Shown: positions 53,658 through 64,000 of the stretch, one piece after another
How positions within the stretch are numbered: position 1 is the first letter of the stretch
How the letters are laid out: each line of letters begins with the position of its first letter
From: Neodothiora populina
Lineage: Eukaryota
NCBI RefSeq assembly: GCF_041146345.1
Contig: NW_027191414.1
Location: forward strand, 682,001 to 746,000
Direction of reading: 5' to 3'
DNA: 64,000 bases
Position numbers and translations under genes: made by a program
The notes under the pieces: model-generated
Told to the model about the DNA's origin: nothing
The model's input: only the letters and a program-made list of their open reading frames with translations
Databases searched by the model: none

Positions 53658-55094
53658 TCATCGGACTTTGCCATTGCTAGCATCGTCGTGGCGTTGCCTG
53701 TCTCTCAGGAGATACTCCCTCATAAGAGCCTCGGTGCTTTCGGGGTTGTTCATCTCCTTCCTCTCCCGCCAGATGCGCCAGAGCTCGAAGACGACCTCGA
53801 CAGAGATGAGGAAGATGATCAACCACTCGAGATCAGTCGAGTGTTTCTCGCTCAGCCGCTCGCGGAGCACAGTGGCGATCTCACCAGCGTAGTCAATCTT
53901 CTCATTGAGCACGCGAATGCGACTAGGCACGTCGAGAGCGAGGCCGACATCATCATAGTACTCACCGAGTCCAAGCGACGAGGGCGAGTCCCAGAACAAA
54001 TCGGGCATTTCGTCCGTCAGCTCCGAGTAGAGGTTCAGCTGGGCGCGGATGGAGAGCAGCTCGCCGGTCTTGCGCAGGATGAAGCTGCGCGTGAAGGGAG
54101 GTCTGCTGCCGCGGCTTAGGATCGTGCTGATTGTGCGCGTCGAGGCGAAGTAGGAGGTCAGTTGGTTTTCTAGCACGGCTAGCTTCGTGCTACGTGCTAG
54201 GCCGGAGGAGAAGGCTACTTTGGCTAGGATGGTAGAGAGTTCTGGCGAGGGCTGGGCAATATCTTCTGTTGTCGACGCTGATGCTGGTGCTTCGTCGGCG
54301 GAAGAGGAACCGTTGATTGGTTTGACGCCGAGGATGATGGTGTCGCCTATCATGCGACTGGTATGGTTCGAGTCGTCCTCGAGATACTCCAGATGCTCCA
54401 TCTCCACGGTTTCGAGATGTGGGTTCTCCAATGCGGCCGGCAGGACCCTGTTGATGATATCCTGTTGCTGTGCTTCCGGTACGTTCCAGGTGACTATGGT
54501 GCCGGAAGGGAAAACGAACAAGTCACCACGGTTCTCGAGAGATTGTGTCTCATCCGCGCCGCGGTTGTCGGTGGCGAGACCGGGCGTCTGCACGTGGATG
54601 ACCTGGGGATATAGGGCTGTTTTGAAGGGATCCACGTCGAAGCCCTCTTGCTTCAGGAGACGTCGCGCGACAGGGATGCTGTACTGCTCTGCTGTGCAAT
54701 AGGCGGCAATCTGCTTGGTTTCTGCCTCGGGATCCACGAAGCGACGTTTGCCGCTGCGCTTGATAAAAGCCTTGCGCTTGAAATTGATATCTGGGCCAGG
54801 CCTACGTACGAGGTTGATGGGGGTTGCCGCCAGGTTTGGTCGGAGTGAGTCTCCTGCAACAGGGAGCGCATCACGCTGAACCGCAGACACGTGGGTGGAA
54901 GAGAATGGTCGCCACTGATGATTGTGATATTGCGCCGTGCCCAGAACGACACGACGCGCTGTTGTGCGTGAAATCCTGGTAGCAGTAGAGGTATCACACT
55001 TTGAGATGCCAGATACTCGACCAGATGGGTTATACTTGGCTATGAGTGTCGGGACGTGGAGCGCATCACGACGCAGACACGATGGAGAATTCAT
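53658..55094 (-). CDS. DUF155 / RMND1-Rmd1 family protein, probably mitochondrial (Mrx10-like)
   Basis: AYCTAEQY, FVFPSGTIVTWN, FSSGLARSTKL and PDLFWD motifs, plus the C-terminal TM LEWLIIFLISVEV. Arg/Ser-rich N-terminus. The start ATG at 55094 is inferred. Confidence 0.85.
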   Translation of the reverse strand: MNSPSCLRRDALHVPTLIAKYNPSGRVSGISKCDTSTATRISRTTARRVVLGTAQYHNHQWRPFSSTHVSAVQRDALPVAGDSLRPNLAATPINLVRRPGPDINFKRKAFIKRSGKRRFVDPEAETKQIAAYCTAEQYSIPVARRLLKQEGFDVDPFKTALYPQVIHVQTPGLATDNRGADETQSLENRGDLFVFPSGTIVTWNVPEAQQQDIINRVLPAALENPHLETVEMEHLEYLEDDSNHTSRMIGDTIILGVKPINGSSSADEAPASASTTEDIAQPSPELSTILAKVAFSSGLARSTKLAVLENQLTSYFASTRTISTILSRGSRPPFTRSFILRKTGELLSIRAQLNLYSELTDEMPDLFWDSPSSLGLGEYYDDVGLALDVPSRIRVLNEKIDYAGEIATVLRERLSEKHSTDLEWLIIFLISVEVVFELWRIWRERKEMNNPESTEALMREYLLRDRQRHDDASNGKVR

Positions 55095-55883
55095 GTGCGA
55101 GTATGCAGGCTGGCTTAGTGCTTGATACCTGATGATCAAGCTACGACGTCTAGCCACTAATATGAGCGACGTGCCACACGTAGGTGTTCTGTACAGTAGT
55201 ACGGTCTGCTCTGGTACCTATCTTATCTACCTTGGTCTTGGGGCGCCTAAGGGACGAACAATCTCCTCGGCTGTGGATGAAAGAGAAGATTGGAAATATA
55301 AAAGATCATGCGCCGCAGCATGGCGTCATGTGAAGCAAGCACGATTGGATGCAGTAATTAAGAGAGCTCCAGCTATCTGTTTCTCCCCCACGTAAAGAAT
55401 CATATACAGGTGTCAGACTACTGTACGTATGTATAGTAGCTTGGTCTTAAGATTCTGAAGAAGTGTGTTCTCCTGTCCTACTTTGGCTTCTAGAGTAGCG
55501 TAGTGCGAGGGTACACTGTACTGTACCTTACTTATCTCAACCTGGCTAGTTTGAAGCCCAAAGTCAGTCTGAGCGAAGCGGGTTGGCGTCATATTATTAT
55601 TGTACTGTGTGTACCGTAACTTGGTAGTTCAGTTCTATACAGCATCTTAGTCCGCAAGCTTGTCTACACCAATAACCACCGGACTCGTGCTTGTACTATC
55701 ATCCTCCATACCAGGTCCCAGCAACCCGGGTCTCTCTTTTCTCTTGTACACCGCAACAGGACATAAACAACAACAATCTTCGGCACACATCGAGCTTCTG
55801 CATGCCGCTACACTTGCACCTCTCGAGTCCGCGATTGGCGCACTCCTAATCGCGCAGTGCACGTCACCGTCAATGCCTGCGGC

Positions 55884-58800
55884 ATGGCTGCTGGCGAAGA
55901 GAAGGAGGATGAGTCCCAGCTCGCCGACAGACTCACTCCCGACGAGCACGACGGCAATCACAAGACCAGTGGATCCAATGGCGGGAGTGTCGATGACGCA
56001 GAGCAACAGACTCACCATGGCCCCGAAGAGCAGGCAGGGAACGGAGACGCAGACGAAGAGGAAGAAGACGACGACGATGAAGAGGACGGGGAGCCAAAGC
56101 TGAAATACACAAAATTGACGGGCAGCCTGGCCACCGTCTATCGGAATGGTGATGCGACAAGCGCCTCCTTGCTCGCGGGCGACAAGATGGTATGCAGGAT
56201 TACACTCGGAATACTTGTCACTCCATGTCTGATCCTCTCTCTCTCTCTCTCACTAGGTCATAGGTACACATAACGGAAACATTGTGAGCTCCATCATTTT
56301 CTTTTGGATTGACACCTTTGCTGACCCAAGATGCAGCATGTCTTCTCTCTTCCCACCGTCCAGTCGTTACGAATGTACCACGCGCATTCCGCCTCCATCA
56401 CCGCCGTCTCCGTCTCACCGATCCCGCCTCCACCGCAATTGCAAATCACCCGACAGGAGACCAATGGGAGATTCGCCGTAGGAGGCGCCAGGCCGCTGTC
56501 CAGAGCGCCATCCTCGCAAACCATCAAGCCTTCACCAACTTCAGCATCGGCTTCGTCTCGTGCGAAGCAATCCGCCGTTCCCCCCACCTCTTCAAACCAG
56601 ATATACATTGCGACCTCCTCGATTGATGGCCATGTCTGTGTTTCCTCACTGATAGATCCCAAGGATGTCACCTTGCGCAACTTCTCCCGCCCTGTCAACG
56701 CTGTTGCACTTTCTCCCGAGTACAAGACAGATCGAACATATCTCTCCGGCGGTCTTGCTGGCTCGCTCATACTCACTGTTGGAGGAAAAGCGGGAGTCAG
56801 CGCTGATGCAAACACGAGCACCACTGCAGCGGCCGCGGGATGGTTTGGTTTTGGACAGGCCTCGGGCAAAGATACCCTGCTTCACTCTGGAGAGGGCACC
56901 ATCAGCACGATCAAATTCTCTACGACCGGTACCTTCGTTGCCTGGGTCAACGAACACGGCATCAAGATCATGCGCTCGCATCTGAACCTTGACTCTGCAG
57001 ACGCCGACCATGCTTGGAAACGCATTGGCCACGTGGATCGCCCGAATCGCCCAGTTTGGGAGGACATGGCCAGCGTCTGGAAGCCCCGTATTCAATGGAT
57101 AGATGACAGACATGTCGAAGCCGACGACGATGTGGCTGTTGCACCCAATGGAGGTGCTGTCGACGATCTAAATCCAGCTCTACCACCAAAAAAGAAGCGG
57201 CGGCCGGAAAAGCTCGTTGTCGGTTGGGGAGATACCACTTGGCTCATTCACGTGCGCGTCGGTGCCCTGCCCAAAAATGGCGCCACTCGCCTGCCTGGAA
57301 AGGCCGATATCATTCACAAGCTGACATTCGACGATTGCGTTGTGTCTGGTCTATCGCTCTATACCCCTACCTTACTAGCTGTCCTCTCGTATCGCACCAA
57401 GGACGACGACGACAAACCCATTCCATCTGGATATCAAGGCAGACATAAACGCCAAGCGGGTCTCCAGCCGGAGCTGAGACTGATCAACGCTGAGTCTGGA
57501 GAAGAGATCGACGTCGATACTTTGACCATCAGTCGATATGAAACCCTGTCAGCCGCGGACTATCAGCTCGAGACCATGTATATTCCCTTACCGCCACAGG
57601 TGCCTTCGAATCAAAAAGGCGCCTTCGAGAGTGTTGGTGCGGGTATATGGGAAGCCACAGCCAACGCGACTCGTTTGCTCAGCTCCAACGCTAGCATACT
57701 AAGCCTGCCGACTACTGACAGATCCTCAACCAAATCGCCTTCCGGATCACTCAGTAATGCGAGACTCCCGACCCCACGCAAGGTCGCCAACGCCAACCCC
57801 TTCTTGTCCTCGATGGGACTGAAAATCATGATCTTCAGTCCTTATGACTGTGTGCTGGCGATCAAGCGAGATCTGACGGACCACCTTAGCTGGTTGATGG
57901 AGCACCAGCACTACGATCGAGCGTGGGCGCTCGTGGATGAGCATCCAAGCATCGTGACGCTCTCGGACGATCGACTGTCTTTGCCATCGTCTCCGAGCAC
58001 GCCTTCCGTTGCCGCAAAGGGTAGCCTTGCCGACTTCTTTGGGGACGATACCTCTTCGCAGGCAACCGTATCGAACAAGTTGCAAGATTCGGCAGTCCAA
58101 AGCGAGAAGCAACGAATCGGTGACATGTGGGTCCAACAATTGGTTGCCAAAGAAGACTGGGCAAAGGCCGGGAAAGTTGCCGGAAAGGTCCTTGGTGAAT
58201 CTTCGCGCTGGGAGCACTGGGTGTTGGCGTTTGCTCAGTCGAACCACTTTGACGAAATAACGCCGTACATCCCGAGTACGAATATGAAACCAGCTCTGCC
58301 GTCTTTTGTCTATGAGGTAGTATTGGGTCATTATATTGCCCACGACCCGCCACGTTTCCGCGAACTCCTCGACTCCTGGAACCCAGGCCTGTTTGACGTC
58401 AGTAGCGTCAAGACCGCTGTTGAGAACAAGCTCGAATCTGGCAGCGTAAGCGAAGAGAGCGAGGAAGGAGGCGAACAGGGTCGAGATTGGCGCGTTCTGC
58501 TAGATGCCCTTGCCAAACTCCTCTTGGCCGACGGTCGGCCGCGAGACGCACTGCATTGCTACATCAGACTGCAAAACGCAGACGCTGCCATGTCTCTTAT
58601 CAGTGAATACCACCTGGGCGATGCCATATCCGATGACATCCCTGGACTACTGATGCTCCGTGTATCACGCGAACAAATACGCGAATCTTCAATCGAGGAC
58701 CTTGAAGAGTCTTCTTCCGAAGTTGTACGTCTGCTGGTAGGCGAAGCCTATCAGGGCGTTGTGTCTCCCGAAGCGGTCGTGTCGCAACTCGAGGGGCGAG

Positions 58801-60093
58801 ACTCGTCCTACCGACCTTTTATTTACTTTTACTTTCGCAGCCTCTGGCAAGGCCGGGCCAGCATTGCGACGCAGAAACCCATGCTGTCCCGTGCGGAGCG
58901 CAGACGTCAAGATCAACAGGTCGAGGTCGGTCGTCTGATAGTCGAAGAGTACGGTGACCTCGCCGTGGACCTTTTCGCTGCATACGACAGGACCCTTCTG
59001 ATGGAGTTTCTGCGGTCCACGACTGCCTACACCTACGAGCGAGCATCCACTATCTGTGAACAGAAACACTATATCCCCGAGCTTGTCTATGTTCTGTCCA
59101 AGACCGGGCAGACCAAGCGTGCTCTGTTCCTCATCATCGGCGAACTGGGAGACGTGAGCCGGGCGATTTCCTTCACCAAGGAGAACCCGGATCTGTGGGA
59201 CGATTTGCTAGATTACAGCATGGACAAGCCGGCTTTCATAAGAGCATTGCTGGAGGAGGTGGGCACAGCCATCAACCCCATCACGCTCGTCCGTCGCATC
59301 CCAGACGGCCTCGAGATCGAAGGTCTGAGGGACGGCATCGGCAAGATGATACGAGAGTACGAGATCCAGTACTCCATCAGTGATGGCGTTGCAAAAGTGC
59401 TGCGGGGCGAAGTGGCCGCAGGCATGGACGCACTGCGAGCCGGCCAGAAGAAAGCGATCAAATTCGACATCGAGCACGACTTTGACGGGTCCGAGGAAGA
59501 AGCCGGCAGTGGGGGTGCGGGTGGGCAAGTAGAGATGTACGTCGAGGACGCAGGAGACCCCGAGTCATCGCACCCTCACGAGCTGGAAGAGGAGAAGACG
59601 CGAAAGGAGGCGCTCAAGCCCGGCCACTGTGTCGGGTGCAAGGACGCCTTCGACGAAGACGGTAAGGACCCTTTTGCTTTCCTACCTAATCACCATTCTC
59701 GCAATACTGACCTTCTCACTAGAAAAAGAAACCCTCGTCGGCTTCTCCTGCGGCCACGTCTACCACCTCTCATGCCTGCTGGACGCCACAGACGGCGTCG
59801 ACCAAGCCCTCATCGAAACCCTACAACAGGGCCAAAGCCACCATCCCACGAACAACAGACTCTCCGCCCCAGAAAACGACCTCGACGATGGAACAACACA
59901 ACAACCACAGCAGGCGCAGCAGCAGCAGACTCGAAGCGTCAAGGCCAAAGTCCAGCACGCACAACGCATCAAACAGGCTCTGAACAGTAACAGACAGAAC
60001 AGAGGCGCGGCGCGGAGAGAAGAAGAAGACGCCGATGCGGGCGGGGGCTGTGTGTTTTGTAGCAGTAGACTTGTGGACGAAGGCGCGAACTGA
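55884..60093 (+). CDS. VPS41: HOPS subunit Vps41 (WD-like N-terminus, clathrin repeat, C-terminal RING)
   Basis: EPKLKY, IATSSIDGHVCV, RPVNAVALSP, LWDDLLDYSMDKPAFI and CVGC...CGHVYHLSC...CVFC. Three introns. Confidence 0.92.
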
Positions 60094-60677
60094 GGCTGAG
60101 ACGAAAGACAAGTCGCTGTTGTTAATTGACTGATTAAGGGCCGTGTCACAGGGGCTGACGAGGGATAAGGGCTCTTCCTGCTTTCATGAGGCGAAGGAGA
60201 GCAAAACCGACCATGTGTATGTGCGTATATGTGTTGTGGATGGGTTCCGGATAGATGAAGAGATCCGAGCTGGGGTGGGAATAGTTGTGTAATTATATAT
60301 ATATATCCAGTTAAAACAGTCGAGATCTAATCGGATCTTCACATTGTCTTATCATTGCAGATCACAGTGGGGGATGCTTCTTCGAGATCTGCCAATTTTC
60401 CCACTCTCCTGCCATGTCACATAGACTGACGTTTCGGGATGTGAAAGCCAACAAGACCATGGTGGTCTGCCAAAAGCCATCAGAACGACTCGGTATCGCC
60501 ATTCACCATCGACGTGATATATGCGAATTGCACCATTATAAGAGCATGGAGATCAGTCTTGGAATATATACAATCCTATAATGGATTCCTCGGTCAGTTT
60601 TCCACACACATGATGTTTTGTAAGGCAAGTATCAGGTAACAAAACCGAGGTAATGCATGAATGCAAAAAAAGGGAGT

Positions 60678-60749
60678 TCAGAGTGTGAATAAAGTCTCAA
60701 CAGTAGTCTTCAGACAGGGATAACTGTTTGATTGGAAATTTCTCATCAT
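60678..60749 (-). ncRNA. snR38: Box C/D snoRNA, snR38-like (copy 3)
   Basis: Minus strand ATGATGA(C)...AACAGTTATCCCTGT-CTGA(D')...TTTATTCACACT-CTGA(D). The D' guide is complementary to the conserved LSU rRNA sequence ACAGGGAUAACUG. Confidence 0.85.
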
Positions 60750-60980
60750 ATAGCTTGTGAAAGCTCAAAGGGGATATAGGGTAGGTAAGATTAGAATAAC
60801 AAGGAGGACGAAAACGTACTGTGGTGGGCTTGTCCTTGCTCGATTTGGATGGAGATGGTCTCCTGTTCGTGACATGTCTGCCCTGAAGCTTTGCGCGTAG
60901 TCTATATTTCCAGGTCAGCTTTCATGATTGTTTAAGCAGTTGACGATGTGATCAGGGAAGTTTTAGTGTGGATGTGTGGG

Positions 60981-61051
60981 TCAGAGTGTGAATAAATTCT
61001 CAACAATAGTCTTCAGACAGGGATAACTGTTTGATGAAAATTTCTCATCAT
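60981..61051 (-). ncRNA. snR38: Box C/D snoRNA, snR38-like (copy 2)
   Basis: Same box C, D' and D and same guides as the other copies. Lies inside a GTAAGT...GCTGAC...TAG intron at 61106-60902. Confidence 0.85.
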
Positions 61052-61234
61052 GGTAGACACGAAAGGAATATGCAATTTCGAACGCTAGGTGAAAAGTGGT
61101 ACTTACGGCATAGACAGCATTGTGTTGCTGATCAGCGCATATTGACACGATTGCGTGTACAATCTGTGAGTTCCTCAGTCAGCTTCTACATCTGGTATTT
61201 CAAGATGGTAATGTATTCGAGGTGATGCAAAGGA

Positions 61235-61305
61235 TCAGAGTGTGAATAAAGTCTCAACAATAGTCTTCAGACAGGGATAACTGTTTGATAAAAGATTCTC
61301 ATCAT
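61235..61305 (-). ncRNA. snR38: Box C/D snoRNA, snR38-like (copy 1)
   Basis: Same boxes and guides. Lies inside a GTGCGT...GCTGAC...CAG intron at 61344-61164. Confidence 0.85.
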
Positions 61306-61621
61306 GGAAGCAGGAGGTGATTGCAAGAGATGGCGGAAACGCACCTATTGGGCAAAGGGGCCATGCCGATATCGAGTCTTCCTGTGCAAAGGGCCAACGC
61401 CGAGGCAGTCATGTGTTTCCGAACAACGGTGTGCGGTAGGGCGGCAAGTAATCAATGGGGCTTGGACTCGACAATCCACTGTCCACCCTGGCGCAGCTGG
61501 GGCCTCTCGCTTGTAGCTGATTACGAGGTGGCAGTCTCTCGACTAGACAGAGCGCGGCATTTCAATGGCAAGTGGTCGATAGACAGAGAGGATGAAAGGC
61601 AAAGGATATCTCTCCGGCATC

Positions 61622-62217
61622 TCAAGCACCGCCCTTGGGAGGAAAGGCACTTTCTCTCACTCGACCAGCCTTTTCGACGCGCACGAACTTGATCTGACCG
61701 AGACCAACCCATTCACCCTTCCACTCCTTCAGCTTGGCCAGGTTGTTGGCGTCTTGCATATCGGGCATCCAGAAGCCGTACTCGTACTCCCTCTGTTCGG
61801 TAGCGCGCTGCTGCTCGAGGAGGGTCTGCTTTGGGTTTGGGGGCCTGCCAGGGCGACGTTCGGCCCTGAGATCATCGAGAGTCTCGTTGTCGCGGTCGAG
61901 GTAAGAATTGATGGCCTCGTGGACCTTTTCATCAGACAAGGGCTCTTGGTCATCGGCAATAACATCGTGGAAATGAAGGACTCGGAGCACTGGAGAAGGG
62001 GGTGATCAGGTCAGTGATGGCCAGTAAAGAGACTCATGCGCCACTCACTGTGGGGCTCATTGTGCTTCTCTCTCAGAGCTCCCAGACGAGCGACCCGGTC
62101 GTCTCTGGCAACGGCACTTCGCAGACGGAGAGCATCTCTGCTGTTCTCGTGCAGCGCCGTCGTGTTGCCCTTTTTCTTGTTCACCCGCTTCTGCACCTTG
62201 TGGAACTTGGACGGCAT
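61622..62217 (-). CDS. TMA16: Translation machinery-associated protein 16 (pre-60S factor)
   Basis: MPSKFHKVQK...LHENSRDALRL...ERRPGRP...EYEYGFWMPDM...WKGEW. One intron at about 62048-61990. Confidence 0.85.
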
Positions 62218-62562
62218 TGCGAGAGTCTTTTCGGTCTGTCTGAAGAATGAATGTCCAATATGGAGATGGCAGGAAGACAGTCTCAGAGAAGGAAAAGAAC
62301 AAAGAATAAACACAACAGATACGACACTGTACCAAGGCCACTAGCTCAGCATGAGAGAAAAAAATCCCAGACGCGCTCGACCCTCGAAAATGCCCGATGG
62401 AGATAATCATTTTGTATGTCCGAGAGGAGCTTCCTTGCAAGGCTCGGCCCGTTGATCTCTCGTGACAGTACTACGGTACAGTGCCTCGGTATAACCTTAG
62501 TACAGTCTCTGATTCGTCAATGCTGAGCGTCAGGCGGCAAGAGTTGCCTTGGAACAGTCCAA

Positions 62563-62568
62563 ACGCGT
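62563..62568. promoter_or_regulatory. MCB-like element (ACGCGT) upstream of EXO1
   Basis: Exact MluI box about 280 bp upstream of the EXO1 ATG, with TCGCG adjacent. Function is inferred only. Confidence 0.3.
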
Positions 62569-62842
62569 CAGGTCGCGGCCCACTGTGTCTTCAAGTCAAG
62601 GTAGGAGCGTTCCCTTGTGCCTTCTGAATCTGGACTTATTCGCCTCCCCCTTCGTCGGACTTGACTTTTGAGGAATCCCCTTTGCTGTTGGTCAGAGTCA
62701 ATAGCAGGTCAATACTATAGCAACAATCCACCATGCTATGAATCAGACGACGATGCAATAACATCTGCCAAACAAAATCCACCCCAATTGGCCATTGGTG
62801 GGGCGATTCATTGGTCCTTGTATGGCGCTGAAGCAGAACACA

Positions 62843-64000
62843 ATGGGTGTCTCAGGTCGGCATCTCCTTCCTACTGCACACAGATCGAGACACAATTTCT
62901 TACATGAACAGGTCTGCTCCCACTGCTAAAGTCTATCCAGAAGCCTACGACTCTCGACAAGTTCTCGGGACAAACCATTGGAGTCGATGCATACGGTTGG
63001 TTGCACCGCGGTACCATTGCCTGCGCTATTGAACTGGCCCAGGGCAAACCCACGACCAAGTATCTCTTACCTGTACACTACCACACAAGCTCGACTGACA
63101 CTATACAGATGGCTCAACTTTGTCATGAATCGTGTGCGCATGCTCATACATTTTGGAGTCAAGCCATATCTGGTCTTCGATGGTGACTACTTACCCAGCA
63201 AATCAGGCACTGAGAAGGACCGCGCCGCCAGGAGGAGAGAGAGCAGGAAGAATGGCTTGGAATTCCTCGGCCTCGGCAAGACCTCCCAGGCTCAGCTCGA
63301 ATTGCAAAAGAGTATCGACGTCACTCCAGAGATGGCTCGCCAATTGATCGACGAATTGAAGAGGGCAAACGTGCAATATGTCGTCGCCCCTTACGAAGCC
63401 GACTCTCAGATGGTCTACCTGGAGAAACAGGGAGTCATACAAGCCATCCTCTCCGAGGACTCGGATCTGCTCGTCTTTGGTGCCCAGTGTCTGCTCACCA
63501 AGCTCGATCAGTACGGTGCCTGTATCATGATCGATCGATCCGACTTTACTGCATGTCGCGACATCAGCCTCGTCGGATGGTCTGACTCGGAGTTCAGGGT
63601 CATGTCCATTCTCAGCGGCTGCGACTACCTTGCTAGCATCGACAAGATGGGTCTCAAGACAGCTTATCGCCTTATCAGGAAGCACAAGACGGTCGAGAGA
63701 ATCGTCAAGGCTGTGCAGTTCGACGGAAAGATGAAGGTACCTCCGCACTATCTTGAAGCATTTTACCGTGCAGAAGCTACTTTTCTCTATCAGTGGGTTT
63801 ACTGCCCTCGTGCTCAGGGCCTCGTCAATCTCAGTCCTCCATCTCCAGACGTCAAGCTAGAAGACTTTCCGTGCATCGGTAGATTTGTTGAACCACATCT
63901 TGCGACAGGTGTGGCAAAGGGTGACCTGCACCCGCACACGAAGCAACCGATTGTTGTCGCGACGCCTGCTCGACCCGCCTCACGCCCATTCTTCCCAGCG
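62843..64000 (+). CDS. EXO1: Exonuclease 1 (XPG/Rad2 family), 5' part (runs off the window end)
   Basis: Spliced MGVSGLLPLLKSIQ...GVDAYGWLHRG...YLVFDGDYLPSK...APYEADSQM...SEDSDLLVFG...SGCDYL. Two introns. Confidence 0.94.

Larger units (their letters stand above)
60576..61344 (-). ncRNA. Spliced snoRNA host transcript (non-coding host or TMA16 3' extension); coordinates span only the three introns
   Basis: Three predicted introns (61344-61164, 61106-60902, 60819-60576), each with donor, CTGAC branch point and AG acceptor. Separated by 57-nt and 82-nt exons. Confidence 0.68.

Noticed and set aside
38564..60093. VPS4 and VPS41 as a functional vacuolar-sorting cluster
   Set aside because: They are about 16 kb apart with unrelated genes in between; likely coincidence.
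60480..61120. About 63-aa ORF (MLSMPLRAKLQG...) formed by the spliced snoRNA-host exons
   Set aside because: Short and with no recognisable motif, so coding cannot be supported without conservation or ribosome-profiling data.
60678..61305. CRISPR-like or transposon-derived repeat array (three direct repeats with unique spacers)
   Set aside because: The context is eukaryotic and has no cas genes. Repeats and spacers are far too long, and the units are fully explained by C/D boxes and an rRNA guide.
61601..61609. ATATCCTTT (U12 AT-AC donor consensus) on the minus strand just after the TMA16 stop
   Set aside because: I saw no U12 branch site (TCCTTAAC) downstream; probably chance.

Overview
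Intron-rich DNA from a filamentous ascomycete fungus. Introns are short GT-AG type with CTRAC branch points; the exact taxon cannot be determined. The window holds 23 mostly housekeeping protein genes: CTP synthase (partial), a signal-peptide aldo-keto reductase, a VelC-like velvet factor, ADP-ribose pyrophosphatase, ERG1, SDS22, an MFS transporter, a GH43 hydrolase, a small hydrophilic protein, SPT7, a VanZ-like protein, RPS26, a CBS/PB1 protein, importin beta-3, VPS4, prenylcysteine oxidase, the SPT small subunit, SMC4, two GPI-type wall proteins, a DUF155 protein, VPS41, TMA16 and EXO1 (partial). Two features stand out. (1) At about 60.6-61.3 kb on the minus strand are three near-identical box C/D snoRNA copies. 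Each has an snR38-type LSU rRNA guide plus a candidate second guide, and each sits in its own spliceosomal intron of an apparently non-coding host directly downstream of TMA16. (2) The CTP synthase frame can only be restored by a 54-nt AT-AC intron with U2-type signals. No tRNA, rRNA, transposon or CRISPR array was recognised. All gene models were built by eye.
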